Below are positions 8,577 through 17,760 of a DNA stretch of 64,000 nt, one piece after another. Positions within the stretch are counted from its first letter, which is position 1; each line of letters starts with the position of its first letter. This stretch comes from Planctomycetota bacterium (GTDB lineage Bacteria; Planctomycetota; UBA1135), in assembly GCA_003696625.1 (NCBI GenBank), contig RFGR01000153.1:519-64518 (forward strand), in the 5' to 3' direction. Made by a program: the position numbers and the translations under genes. Below the pieces are notes generated by a model, which did no database searches, was not told where the DNA came from, and was given only the letters and a program-made list of their open reading frames with translations.

Positions 8577-9263
8577 TCAAGCCGAAAACCGTGCTCTTTC
8601 TGGAAAGCCTTGCGGAAGAGGAGCTTCGACCCGGATCTCGGCGCCTCCGATCGGGTGCGGGAAGACCAGCGAGGCGGCGTGGAGGGCGATCGAGCGGTCC
8701 GGCAGCGGGCGGGAGGCGCCGTATTTCAGGTCGCCGAGCAGCGGCGCCCCGAGGCCCGCGCAGGCGACCCGGAGCTGGTGAGAGCGGCCGGTCCGGGGTT
8801 CCAACTCGAACAGAACCACTGGTCCCACCCGCTGGAGCACCCGCCAGCGGGTCCGGGCCGGGCGGGAGCCTGGAGTCGCCGGCGGAACGACCTCGACCCG
8901 GTTCCGGGCCGGGTCCTTGCGCAGGTGTTGGACCAGCTCGCCGGTCTCTCCGACCTGGAGGCGGGCGCCGGGGAGCAGCCGGCCCACCGCCAGGTAGCGT
9001 TTGCCGACCCGGCCCTCCCGCCAGGCGGCCGACAGCCGAGCGGCGGCTTTGCTCGTGCGCGCGAACAGGACCACCCCGGACACGGGCCGATCCAGGCGGT
9101 GGACCAGGGCCAGGAACACGTTCCCAGGCTTGTGGAACCGCTGCTTCAGCCAGACCTGGCCCTCCTCCTGGAGCGAACGGTCGCCGCTGCGGTCGGCCTG
9201 GACCGGGATCCCGGCCGGCTTGGCCACGGCCAGGAGGTGGTTGTCGAGCAGCAGCGGCTCCAC
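8577..9263 (-). CDS. RluA-family pseudouridine synthase
   Basis: 228 aa with a GTG start. HRLDRPVSGVVLFA catalytic-Asp motif and GRSHQLRV motif. No S4 domain. Confidence 0.8.
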   Translation of the reverse strand: MEPLLLDNHLLAVAKPAGIPVQADRSGDRSLQEEGQVWLKQRFHKPGNVFLALVHRLDRPVSGVVLFARTSKAAARLSAAWREGRVGKRYLAVGRLLPGARLQVGETGELVQHLRKDPARNRVEVVPPATPGSRPARTRWRVLQRVGPVVLFELEPRTGRSHQLRVACAGLGAPLLGDLKYGASRPLPDRSIALHAASLVFPHPIGGAEIRVEAPLPQGFPERARFSA

Positions 9264-9266
9264 AGT

Positions 9267-10175
9267 TCAGGACCGGATCCAGCGGGCGACGAACCCGCAG
9301 GGAAGACGCCGGTCGCCGCCCTCCTCCGGAAGGGCCAGCAGCCCGACCTCGGACCGGCCGCCCCAGCCGGAGAGGAGGTTGTGGAAAGCCAGCGGCGAGT
9401 AGTCGATCGCGTAGGCCGACAGCACCAGAAAGGAGGGCGCCTCGGCGGCCAGGAGCCCGCGGCAGACCGCCAGCAGGCCGGCGATGTCGCGGCCGAACCG
9501 CCACTTCTCCCCCTTCGGGCCGCGGCCGTAGTCCGGAGGATCGAGCAGGACACCGTGGTAGCGGCGACCGCGACGGGCCTCCCGGGCGGCGAAACGGGCG
9601 GCGTCGTCCAGGATCCAACGGATCGCGTCCTCGCCCAGCCCGGACAGCCGGGCGTTGCCGGCGGCCTGGTCCAGGCTGGCGCGGCTGGCGTCGACGTGGG
9701 TCACCTTCCAGCCCGACCGGGCGGCGAGGACGCTGGCGGCGCCGGTGTAGGCGAAGAGGTTCAACAGCCGCGGCGGTTCGCCGGCCGGCAGCGCCGCCGC
9801 CAGCTCCCGCCGCCGCTGCTCGACCCAGAGCCAGTTCGCGGCCTGCTCCGGGAACAGCCCGACGTGCTTGAAGGGTGTGGGCTGGATCCGGACCCGACAG
9901 CCGGACTCCAGACCCGGCGGCTCGAGCGGCAGCTCCCAGGACGGCGGCGGCGCCCCGCGCCGCCCGGGCTGCCAACTCCCGCCCCGGTCGGATTCCCGCC
10001 GGAAGCGAAGGTCGGCCTCCTCCCAGGCCTCCGGCTCCATTCGGCGGGGCCAGATCGCCTGCGGATCCGGGCGGCGCAGGAGCCAGCTCCCGAACCGTTC
10101 CAGCTTCTCGCCGCCGCCGGAGTCGAGCAGGGCGTGGCCGGGCAGACCCGGATGGTCGAAGACCGGGAAGCGCAC
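9267..10175 (-). CDS. Class I SAM-dependent (RlmI/COG1092-like) RNA methyltransferase
   Basis: LLNLFAYTGAASV and VLLDPPDYGRG motifs. The start is placed at a GTG (VRFPVFDHPG), which avoids overlap with pntAA and sits 6 nt after a TATCCT box. The track ORF start at 10364 is considered shadow. Confidence 0.7.
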   Translation of the reverse strand: MRFPVFDHPGLPGHALLDSGGGEKLERFGSWLLRRPDPQAIWPRRMEPEAWEEADLRFRRESDRGGSWQPGRRGAPPPSWELPLEPPGLESGCRVRIQPTPFKHVGLFPEQAANWLWVEQRRRELAAALPAGEPPRLLNLFAYTGAASVLAARSGWKVTHVDASRASLDQAAGNARLSGLGEDAIRWILDDAARFAAREARRGRRYHGVLLDPPDYGRGPKGEKWRFGRDIAGLLAVCRGLLAAEAPSFLVLSAYAIDYSPLAFHNLLSGWGGRSEVGLLALPEEGGDRRLPCGFVARWIRS

Positions 10176-10181
10176 CCGCGC

Positions 10182-10187
10182 AGGATA
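10182..10187 (-). promoter_or_regulatory. Candidate -10 box TATCCT, 6 nt upstream of methyltransferase GTG (leaderless geometry)
   Basis: Minus strand GCC-TATCCT-GCGCGG-GTG. Confidence 0.35.
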
Positions 10188-10278
10188 GGCGCCGCCGCGC
10201 CGGCCGCCGCCCCTCCGGCCCGGCCGAATCGGGCGTGATGCGCTACGATCCCCCTTCACCGATCCCGGATCACCCCCG

Positions 10279-11451
10279 ATGACCACCGTCTTCGTCCCCA
10301 AGGAGCGAACCCCCGGCGAGACCCGGGTGGCCGCCACCCCCGAGACCCTGGCCCGGATGGGCAAGCTCGGTCTCGAGCTCCTGGTCGAGCGCGGCGCCGG
10401 CGAGGCCTCCTTCCTGCCCGACTCCGCCTACGCCGAGGCCGGAGCCGAGCTGGTCGAGGCCGACGACGGCTACGCCCGGGCCGACCTCGTCCTGATGGTC
10501 GGGCCGCCGAGCGCCGAGGAGGCCGCCCGCGTCCGCCGCGGCGCCACCCTCGTCTCCCATCTCGCGCCGACCCAGAACCTCGACGCCGTCGTCGCCCTGC
10601 GCGACAACCACGCCACCGCCTTCGCGATGGAGCTGGTGCCGCGGACGACCAAGGCCCAGTCGATGGACGCGCTCAGCTCCCAGGCCAACATCGGCGGCTA
10701 CAAGGCGGTGCTGTTGGCCGCGGCGGCGCTGCCCAAGTACTTCCCGCTGCTGATGACGGCCGCCGGTACGGTCAAGCCGGCCAAGGTGGTGATCTTCGGC
10801 GTCGGCGTCGCCGGCCTGCAGGCGATCGCCACCGCCAAGCGCCTGGGCGCGGTGGTCTGGGCCACCGACATCCGGCCCGAGGTCAAGGAGCAGGTCGAGT
10901 CGCTCGGCGGCAAGTTCATCGAGGTCGAGCCGGACGCCGGTCAGACCGAACCGAGCGTCTACGCCAAGGAGGCCTCCGAGGACTACCAGCGGCGCCAGGC
11001 CGCCGCGGTCGCTGGCCACGTCGCCGAGGCCGACGTGGTCATCACCACCGCCCTGGTGCCCGGCCGACGGGCGCCGGTCCTGATCAGCGAGGAGATGGTC
11101 CGGTCGATGCGGCCCGGTTCGGTGATCGTCGACATGGCGGTCGCCCAAGGCGGCAACTGCGCCCTGTCCCGCTGCGGCGAGGAGGTCGTGGTCGACGGCG
11201 TCCGCATCATCGGCCACCCGAACCTGCCGGCGACGATGCCGGTGCACGCCAGCCAGCTCTACGCCCGCAACGTCCTCGACGTGGTCCTGCACCTGGTACC
11301 GGCCGGCGAGGACAATGAGTTTCGCACCGTGCAGCTCGGCGACTTCACCGACGAGATCGTCGACAGCGCCGTGGCCGTCCATGACGGCAAGGTGCGCCAC
11401 GCCCTGACCGCCGAGGCCCTGGAGAAGCGCGGAGGCGAGCAATGCTCCTGA
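10279..11451 (+). CDS. pntAA: NAD(P) transhydrogenase subunit alpha, part 1
   Basis: 390 aa. Alanine-dehydrogenase/PNT fold with the GVGVAGLQAIATAKRLGA NAD site. Followed by pntAB and pntB. Confidence 0.9.
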   Translation: MTTVFVPKERTPGETRVAATPETLARMGKLGLELLVERGAGEASFLPDSAYAEAGAELVEADDGYARADLVLMVGPPSAEEAARVRRGATLVSHLAPTQNLDAVVALRDNHATAFAMELVPRTTKAQSMDALSSQANIGGYKAVLLAAAALPKYFPLLMTAAGTVKPAKVVIFGVGVAGLQAIATAKRLGAVVWATDIRPEVKEQVESLGGKFIEVEPDAGQTEPSVYAKEASEDYQRRQAAAVAGHVAEADVVITTALVPGRRAPVLISEEMVRSMRPGSVIVDMAVAQGGNCALSRCGEEVVVDGVRIIGHPNLPATMPVHASQLYARNVLDVVLHLVPAGEDNEFRTVQLGDFTDEIVDSAVAVHDGKVRHALTAEALEKRGGEQCS

Positions 11452-11729
11452 TCCTGTTCCTGTTCGTCTTCATGCTGGCGGTCTTCGTCGGATTCGAGAT
11501 CATCACCAAGGTGCCGCAGAAGCTGCACACGCCGCTGATGTCCGGCGCCAACGCCGTCTCCGGCATCACCATCGTCGGCGCCCTGACCTGCGCCCACGCC
11601 GACTACCCCTTCCTGGCCCAGGCGCTCGGCTTCATCGCCATCGTCACGGCCTCGATCAACGTCTTCGGCGGCTTCGTGGTCACCGACCGCATGCTGGCCA
11701 TGTTCGGCGGCAAGAAGCGCAAGAAGTAG
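11442..11729 (+). CDS. pntAB: NAD(P) transhydrogenase subunit alpha, part 2 (membrane)
   Basis: 95 aa, three hydrophobic helices, HTPLMSGANAVSGI motif. Overlaps pntAA by 10 nt. Confidence 0.85.
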   Translation: MLLILFLFVFMLAVFVGFEIITKVPQKLHTPLMSGANAVSGITIVGALTCAHADYPFLAQALGFIAIVTASINVFGGFVVTDRMLAMFGGKKRKK

Positions 11730-11742
11730 GGAGGACCGCTCG

Positions 11743-13188
11743 ATGCACGACTTTGCCAAGGTCCTCTACCTGCTCGCCACGGCGCTGTTCATCTTCGGCA
11801 TCAAGCAGTTGTCGAAGGTCAGCACCGCCCGCCGCGGCAACGCCACCGCCGGCCTCGGCATGCTGCTGGCGATCGTCACCACCCTGATCGCGCCGGGCGA
11901 GGGCGACCAGGTCATCCACCTGAGCTGGCCGCTGATCGTCGCCGGCATCTTGATCGGCGGCGTCCTCGGCACCTGGATGGCGCGCCGGGTGGCGATGACC
12001 GGCATGCCGGAGATGGTGGCCCTGTTCAACGGCTTCGGCGGCTTGGCCTCGCTGCTCGTCGCCCTGGCCGTGTTCTGGGGCGACTACCTGGCCGCCGGCG
12101 ACCTCGCCGCCGCCCCGTCGGCCGAGGCTGAAGGTCTCGGCCTGACCGGCCCGGTGGTCTGGTCGGCGGCGGTGATCCTGTCGATCCTGGTCGGCGGCGT
12201 CACCCTGACCGGCTCGCTGGTGGCGATGGCCAAGTTGATGGGCAAAGTCGGCGACAAGCTGCTGCCGGCCCGGCACCTGATCACCCTCGGCCTGCTGGCG
12301 GCGGCGGTGCTGTTCGGCTGGCTCGGCGGCTGGGCGGCGGCCGGCGGCTGGGCCGCCTTCGCCCTGATCCTGCTGACCATCGTCTCCTTCGCCCTCGGCG
12401 TCCACCTGGTGCTGCCGATCGGCGGCGCCGACATGCCGGTGGTGATCTCGCTGCTCAACAGCTACTCCGGCATCGCCGCCAGCATGGCCGGTTTCGTCAT
12501 CGGCAACTCGCTGCTGATCGTCGCCGGCGCCCTGGTCGGCGCCTCCGGCCTGATCCTGACCGACCAGATGTGCAAGGGCATGAACCGCACCCTGCTGCAC
12601 GTGCTGGTTGGCGGCTTCGGCGGCGACAGCGTCTCCGAGGACGCGCGCGACTACAGCAACATCCGCTCCTACTCGCCCGAGGACGCCGCCGCCGACCTGC
12701 AACTGGCCGACAAGGTGATCATCGTCCCCGGTTACGGCATGGCGGTGTCGCAGGCCCAGCACGTGGTCAAGGAGCTGGGCGACCTGCTCATGGCCCGCGG
12801 CTGCGAGGTCAAGTACGCCATCCACTCGGTCGCCGGCCGCATGCCCGGCCACATGAACGTTCTCCTGGCCGAGGCCGATGTCCCGCACGATCTGCTCTTC
12901 CCGACCGAGGAGATCAACGGTGATTTCAAGTCGGCCGACGTCGCCGTCGTGGTCGGCGCCAACGACGTCGTCAATCCGGCGGCGATCGAGGACCCGAACT
13001 CGAAGATCGCCGGCATGCCGATCCTGCACGTCCACGAGGCCCGCACCGTGCACATGATCAAGCGCTCGCTCAGTCCCGGCTACGCCGGCATCAAGAATCC
13101 GCTGTTCGAGCGCGACAACTGCTTCATGTGCTTCGGCGACGGCAAGGAGTTCCTGCAGGGCGTGGTCGACGAGCTGAAGAACGCCTGA
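11743..13188 (+). CDS. pntB: NAD(P) transhydrogenase subunit beta
   Basis: 481 aa. Polytopic N-terminal half plus a C-terminal NADP(H) domain (VIIVPGYGMAVSQAQH, GANDVVNPAA). Confidence 0.9.
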   Translation: MHDFAKVLYLLATALFIFGIKQLSKVSTARRGNATAGLGMLLAIVTTLIAPGEGDQVIHLSWPLIVAGILIGGVLGTWMARRVAMTGMPEMVALFNGFGGLASLLVALAVFWGDYLAAGDLAAAPSAEAEGLGLTGPVVWSAAVILSILVGGVTLTGSLVAMAKLMGKVGDKLLPARHLITLGLLAAAVLFGWLGGWAAAGGWAAFALILLTIVSFALGVHLVLPIGGADMPVVISLLNSYSGIAASMAGFVIGNSLLIVAGALVGASGLILTDQMCKGMNRTLLHVLVGGFGGDSVSEDARDYSNIRSYSPEDAAADLQLADKVIIVPGYGMAVSQAQHVVKELGDLLMARGCEVKYAIHSVAGRMPGHMNVLLAEADVPHDLLFPTEEINGDFKSADVAVVVGANDVVNPAAIEDPNSKIAGMPILHVHEARTVHMIKRSLSPGYAGIKNPLFERDNCFMCFGDGKEFLQGVVDELKNA

Positions 13189-13203
13189 CCGCCGGCGCCG
13201 CGG

Positions 13204-15708
13204 TCACAGATCCTCGGCCGGCTCGAGGATGACGCAGTCGATGCCGAAGTAGCAGCCCGGCTCGCGCGACTCGGGGTTGCTGCCGGTCACCTCGACGCCG
13301 AGCACGAACGGCCCGGCCAGCTCGTGCAGGCCGAGGTCGATCGGCCCGAGGCGGCGGGTGTCCGGCGACCAGGTGTCGATCCCATCGGCCAGGCGCCGCC
13401 CGTCCAGAGCGAAGGCGAGAACGCCGTAGTCCCAGCTCCGGGTCAGCAGCACCTTGACCCGGTAGCGGCCCGGCGCCGGCGGCGGCACGGTCAGCTCGAT
13501 TCGCTGCCCCGGCGCGGTCGCCCGGACCCAGAGCTGGCGGCCGCCGCTCCAGTCCGGCCCGAGCGCCTGGACCTGCCAGCCGCCGGCGGCGTCGCCGGTC
13601 GCCGCCAGCGACTCGGCCTCGACCGCGTTCGGCAGCCGCACCGGCTCGCGCTCGACCGTCTTCAGCCACAGGTAGTCGAAGGCAATCGGGCCCGGCTCGA
13701 CGCACTCGATGCGCAGAGTGTGCCGCCCGGCCGCCAGCTCCACCTCCTCCCAGCCGAGGCTGAGCAGGCGGACGACGCCGTGCCGGTTGCGCAGCGGCAC
13801 CACCGCCGACCCGGGCCGGGCCGTTTCCGAGCCGCCGCCGTCGGCCAGGGCCAGAACCCGGCCGTCCACCGCCACCCGGACGGCGCCGGCCTCCCGCAGG
13901 TGGCGGGCGACCAGGTTCAGGCGGTAGCGGCCGGCGGCGGCGGTCGCGAACGGCACCTCCAGCACCGCGCCCGGGGCCGCCGCCGGCCACGACCAGACCC
14001 GCCCCCGGGAAGCGAGCGGTTCCGGCACGAGCCGACCGCGGTCGCCGACCAGGTCCTCGAAATGGGCGATCCAGGAGTCGGCCGCGCCATAGGCGGCGTC
14101 GGGCTCCCAGCGCGGCAGCTCGGGCACCCGGAGTTCGGCGGCGGTCGGCGGCGGGGTGTCGGCGGCGGCGCCGGGGCGGGCGTACCACCAGACCATCCGG
14201 GCGTAGGCGATCGGCGCGTCCTGCCGGTGGGGCCAAAGCTCCATCCGGAACTCGGTCCACCGGCGGAAGCGGAGGTCGTCGAGCAGGTGGAAGCGCTGAT
14301 CGACGACGAAGCCGGCGTTGCCGGGGCCGGTGTTCACGGCCTGAGTGCAGCAAGGGTGGGCGAACAGGTCCGGCCGGCTCCAGGAGTAGTTGTAGTAGTC
14401 CTCCGAACCGGTGCCGAAGAAGGCCGGGAAGGAGCGATCGTCGAGGAAGATCTTCTCGTCGCCCTCGCCCCACCAGCTTCCCGCCGGGGTCGGGATCCGC
14501 GACGGGTTCATCAGCAGCGAAGCGACGCCGACGATGCGCCCGTTCCCCTCCGCGGCCAGGAAGCGGAGATCGACCGGCCGGCCGCCGGGCAGCTCGATCG
14601 GCTCGCCCTGGCGCCAGTCGGCGCGGAAGTGCAGGGAGCGCTCGTCCCAGTCCCAGGGCGCGAAAGCGGCCCGGACCTCCACCCGCAACTCGCGCCCGCT
14701 CCGGTTCTCGAGAGCGACGCGGGCTTCGCGGGCGAAGGGCATGACGAAACGGCAGCTCAGCCAGCCGTCCTCGCCGACCTCGAGCGGCAGGCTCCGGCAG
14801 GGCTGGAGGCCCGGGAAGGTGCCGAAGAAGTCGCCGACCGGAGCCAGGACCTCCGGCTCGTCGCCGTCGAAGTCGAGCCGGAGCAGGGCGCCGCGCAGGG
14901 CGGCGGCCGGGTCGGCGGCGGTCACGCGGAGTCTCAGCCCGACCAGGGCGCCCGGCCCCCTGCGGCGGACGGCCTCGAAGGCGGCGCCGGCCGCAACGGT
15001 CGCCTCGACTCCGACCTCCGGCGCCGGCGCCGCCGGCCGCGGTCGGGCGCAGCGGGAGGCGACCTCCTCCAGCCAGGGGCGCAACGCCGGCAGTCGGGCC
15101 GGATCGAAGCTCCGAACCTCGGTTCCGGCCGGGTACCGTCGCACCTCGAGGTGGTAGAAGTGCAGTTCGGAGAGGCGGCCCTCCCAGGTCACGCGCAGGC
15201 CGCGGGCGAAGGGGACCGGGAAGTAGTCGGCGTCCTCCTGGATGAAGGGCTCGGCCAGCGTCGTCGGCAGCCCAGCCTGTTCGATCCAGATCCGGCTGCG
15301 ACGGGCGAGGAAGTCGTCGGCGCGGCCGGTGAACAGCGGCTCCGGGGCTCCGTCCAGTTCGACCCGCAGGGTGCCGCCCATCCCGGCGGACCAGCCGCGG
15401 ACGATGGCGCCCGGGCCGGACACCTCGCAGACCAGGTACTCCCCCACTCCACGTTCGTCCGGCTCGCGCAAGACCGCGGCAAAACCGGGAATCGGCTCCC
15501 CGCCGAATCCGTCGGCGTTCGCGAACCAGCCGGCCGGATCCTCTTCGGAGACCGAGCGCCGGTCGTAGCTCGAAAACTGGACGAGCCGGTAGTCGGGTTC
15601 CGGCAGCCGCGCCAGCCGGGCGAGATCGGTCAGCTCGCCGAGCAGGCCGGCGGTGTCCACCGGTTCCTGCGCCAGAACGGCGGCCAGGGTCAGGACGAAC
15701 AGCGGCAT
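13204..15708 (-). CDS. Secreted glycoside hydrolase family 172 (DUF2961) protein with about 300-aa C-terminal beta-sandwich extension
   Basis: 834 aa with a signal peptide. FSSYDRRS near the N-terminus and WWGEGDEKIFLD...FFGTGSEDYYNYSW core motifs of DUF2961. The overlapping 1001-aa ORF in another frame is Arg/Pro shadow. Confidence 0.7.
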   Translation of the reverse strand: MPLFVLTLAAVLAQEPVDTAGLLGELTDLARLARLPEPDYRLVQFSSYDRRSVSEEDPAGWFANADGFGGEPIPGFAAVLREPDERGVGEYLVCEVSGPGAIVRGWSAGMGGTLRVELDGAPEPLFTGRADDFLARRSRIWIEQAGLPTTLAEPFIQEDADYFPVPFARGLRVTWEGRLSELHFYHLEVRRYPAGTEVRSFDPARLPALRPWLEEVASRCARPRPAAPAPEVGVEATVAAGAAFEAVRRRGPGALVGLRLRVTAADPAAALRGALLRLDFDGDEPEVLAPVGDFFGTFPGLQPCRSLPLEVGEDGWLSCRFVMPFAREARVALENRSGRELRVEVRAAFAPWDWDERSLHFRADWRQGEPIELPGGRPVDLRFLAAEGNGRIVGVASLLMNPSRIPTPAGSWWGEGDEKIFLDDRSFPAFFGTGSEDYYNYSWSRPDLFAHPCCTQAVNTGPGNAGFVVDQRFHLLDDLRFRRWTEFRMELWPHRQDAPIAYARMVWWYARPGAAADTPPPTAAELRVPELPRWEPDAAYGAADSWIAHFEDLVGDRGRLVPEPLASRGRVWSWPAAAPGAVLEVPFATAAAGRYRLNLVARHLREAGAVRVAVDGRVLALADGGGSETARPGSAVVPLRNRHGVVRLLSLGWEEVELAAGRHTLRIECVEPGPIAFDYLWLKTVEREPVRLPNAVEAESLAATGDAAGGWQVQALGPDWSGGRQLWVRATAPGQRIELTVPPPAPGRYRVKVLLTRSWDYGVLAFALDGRRLADGIDTWSPDTRRLGPIDLGLHELAGPFVLGVEVTGSNPESREPGCYFGIDCVILEPAEDL

Positions 15709-15732
15709 CGGCCGTCAGGATGCCAGAAGCCC

Positions 15733-15738
15733 TAGAAT
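15733..15738 (+). promoter_or_regulatory. Candidate -10 box TAGAAT, 8 nt upstream of acyltransferase ATG (leaderless geometry)
   Basis: CCC-TAGAAT-CCCGCGCC-ATG. Confidence 0.4.
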
Positions 15739-15746
15739 CCCGCGCC

Positions 15747-16490
15747 ATGCTCCCCGTCCTCCGTGCCGGGGCACGGACCCTGGCCTTCGTCGTCTGGACC
15801 GCCCTTGCCGCCCTCCTCACCTTGCTCGGCCGCGTCGTCTGCCTGCCGAGCCGGGCGGCCGGCGCCCGCTGGGGCGGCTGGGCGGCGGGGCTCTGGGGGA
15901 GGGGCTGCTGCCGCCTCTGCGGCCTGCGCCTGCGGGTCGAGGGGCCGCGGCCGCCGCGCGGTTCCTTCGTCGCCGCCAACCACACCTCGTGGGCCGACAT
16001 CTGGGTGCTGGGCGCCGCCTGCCCGGCCAACTTCATCGCCAAGGTCGAGATCTCGCGCTGGCCGGTGATGGGCTGGTTGAGCCGGATCGGGAACACCCTC
16101 TGGATCGACCGGCGGCGGATGCGCGACACCGCCCGCCTCGGCCGGGAGCTGCGCTACTACCTGGAACGTGGCGTCCGAATCCACATGTTCGCCGAGGGCG
16201 GGGCCGGCAGCGGTGAGCACATCCGCCCGTTCCGGCCGCCGCTGTTCGAAGCGCCGGCCGATCTCGGGGTGCCCTGCGTGCCGGCGGTCATCCGCTACGA
16301 ACGGGAGGAGTTCTGGTGGCCGGACGAGGAGGTCCTGGCCCGCCACTTCCTGCGCTGTCTGCGGTTGCCGCCGTCGCGGGTGACGGTCCGGTTCGGTCGG
16401 CCGGTGACCGGGATCGGCGACCGCAAGGCGCTGGCGGCCGAGCTGCAGCGCCGGGCGGAGGCGCTGTACGCGGAAACCGCCGCCGGCTGA
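15747..16490 (+). CDS. Lysophospholipid (PlsC-type) acyltransferase
   Basis: HX4D motif NHTSWADI, FAEGG motif, N-terminal TM helix. The second ATG is chosen because a TAGAAT box lies 8 nt upstream; ATG 15720 remains possible. Confidence 0.75.
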   Translation: MLPVLRAGARTLAFVVWTALAALLTLLGRVVCLPSRAAGARWGGWAAGLWGRGCCRLCGLRLRVEGPRPPRGSFVAANHTSWADIWVLGAACPANFIAKVEISRWPVMGWLSRIGNTLWIDRRRMRDTARLGRELRYYLERGVRIHMFAEGGAGSGEHIRPFRPPLFEAPADLGVPCVPAVIRYEREEFWWPDEEVLARHFLRCLRLPPSRVTVRFGRPVTGIGDRKALAAELQRRAEALYAETAAG

Positions 16491-16499
16491 CCGCGCCGT

Positions 16500-17675
16500 T
16501 CAGGCGCGGTGGGCGTCCTGCCGGCACTCCTCGAGCAAGGCCTCGATCTCGAGGTCCTGGAGCAGGCGCAGGAACCGGTCGGAACAGGCGTTCAGGCGCT
16601 CGGCCAGGTCGCGCAGGGTCTCTTCCGGCAGGCCGAGCCGGGAGGCGCGCAGCAGCTTCAGACCCAGGCCGTGGACCTCGAGGTGGGGTTCCTCGAGGGC
16701 CGCGAAGGCCGGCAGCTCGGAGAAGTCGCGGCCGGGCCCGTAGTACCACTCGCCGAATCGGCAGCGGTAGGGACTGATCTCGAGCCGCTCGTCGGCCGCG
16801 GCTATGCCGGCGCGCCGCGAGCCGAAGACCTGGTCCATCAGCTCCTTCCGCCACTGGAGGTGGTCCAGCTCGGTATGACGGATCAGACCGACCGGCAGGC
16901 GACACCAGCGCCGGCCCTGGGCGACGAAGTCGATGAACTCCGGCAGCGGCAGCGGCTCGCTGATCCAGAACCCCTGGGCTTCGGTGCAACCGGCGTGGAG
17001 CAGGTAGTCGAAGATCTCCTCGCTTTCCACGCCCTCGGCGATCACCTTCATGCCCATCTCGTGGGCCATCCGGATGCTGGCGAGCACGATCGCCGCGCAG
17101 CGGCCCGAGGTGCGCAGGCCCTGAACCACTCCCTGATCGATCTTGACCACCGAGAACGGCAGGCGGTGGAGCGCGTCCAGCGAGGAGTAGCCGGTGCCGA
17201 AATCGTCCATCGCCAAGGCCACGCCGGCGGCGACCAGGTCTTCCAGGCCGCGCCGGAGCCGCTCGTCGTCGGCGGCGACGGCGGTCTCGGTCAGCTCGAC
17301 CTGGATCTGCTCCGGCTGAACCAGGCCGGTGTGGACCGCGCGCAGGACCAGATCGACCAACTCGGGACTCTCCAGGTCGCGGGCGCTGAGGTTGAAGGCG
17401 ACCTCGAAGTGGCCGAAAGCGTCGGTCAGCTTCTGGTGGTCGAGACAGAGGAGGGGGAACAAGGCCTTGGCCACCTCGGTGATCAGCCCGTATTCCTCGG
17501 CCTGGGGCAGGAACTCGGCCGGGCTCACCACCCGATCGTCTTCCCGGCGCCAGCGGACCAGGGCCTCGGCGCCGCAGACCCGGCCGGTCACGAACGAGAC
17601 CTTGGGCTGATACCAGAGTTCCAACTCGTCCTCGCGGATGGCCCGGAGGAGTTCGTCGCGGGAGGGGATCGTCAT
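16500..17675 (-). CDS. c-di-GMP phosphodiesterase, EAL domain fused to C-terminal CZB (zinc-binding) domain
   Basis: 391 aa from an internal ATG of track ORF 16500..18008. All EAL motifs are intact (EAL, FNLS, ELTE, DDFGTGYSS, KID, EGVE, QG). CZB 3His/1Cys signature: DHLQW, CRFGEW, HLEVH. Confidence 0.8.
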   Translation of the reverse strand: MTIPSRDELLRAIREDELELWYQPKVSFVTGRVCGAEALVRWRREDDRVVSPAEFLPQAEEYGLITEVAKALFPLLCLDHQKLTDAFGHFEVAFNLSARDLESPELVDLVLRAVHTGLVQPEQIQVELTETAVAADDERLRRGLEDLVAAGVALAMDDFGTGYSSLDALHRLPFSVVKIDQGVVQGLRTSGRCAAIVLASIRMAHEMGMKVIAEGVESEEIFDYLLHAGCTEAQGFWISEPLPLPEFIDFVAQGRRWCRLPVGLIRHTELDHLQWRKELMDQVFGSRRAGIAAADERLEISPYRCRFGEWYYGPGRDFSELPAFAALEEPHLEVHGLGLKLLRASRLGLPEETLRDLAERLNACSDRFLRLLQDLEIEALLEECRQDAHRA

Positions 17676-17705
17676 GTCGGTGTGGGCCCGAGAGGTGGGG
17701 ACTCC

Positions 17706-17737
17706 CGGATTCCACTCCCTCTTTCGTCCGGAATCCG
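17706..17737 (-). promoter_or_regulatory. Inverted repeat between the two EAL-CZB genes
   Basis: CGGATTCC ... 16 nt ... GGAATCCG in the 85-nt gap. No U-tract. Confidence 0.3.
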
Positions 17738-17760
17738 TGGCCGGCTTGAACCAGTCGGAG

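Noticed and set aside
10254-10275. PHO-box-like CTTCACC element upstream of pntAA
   Set aside because: There is only one good unit. The next TCACC lies 14 nt away rather than 11, so the tandem helical-turn arrangement seen at pstS, nptA and phoB is absent.
13124-16129. 1001-aa ORF, and many other 400-900-aa ORFs in the track (e.g. 716..2464, 8546..9871, 22899..24887, 44143..45642, 48592..50859, 57195..59018, 59793..62324), as possible additional or overlapping genes
   Set aside because: Their translations are dominated by Arg, Pro, Gly and Ala with almost no Lys, Asn, Ile, Tyr or Phe. They lie antisense to, or frame-shifted over, genes with clear family motifs. This is the expected open-frame artefact of about 70% GC DNA.
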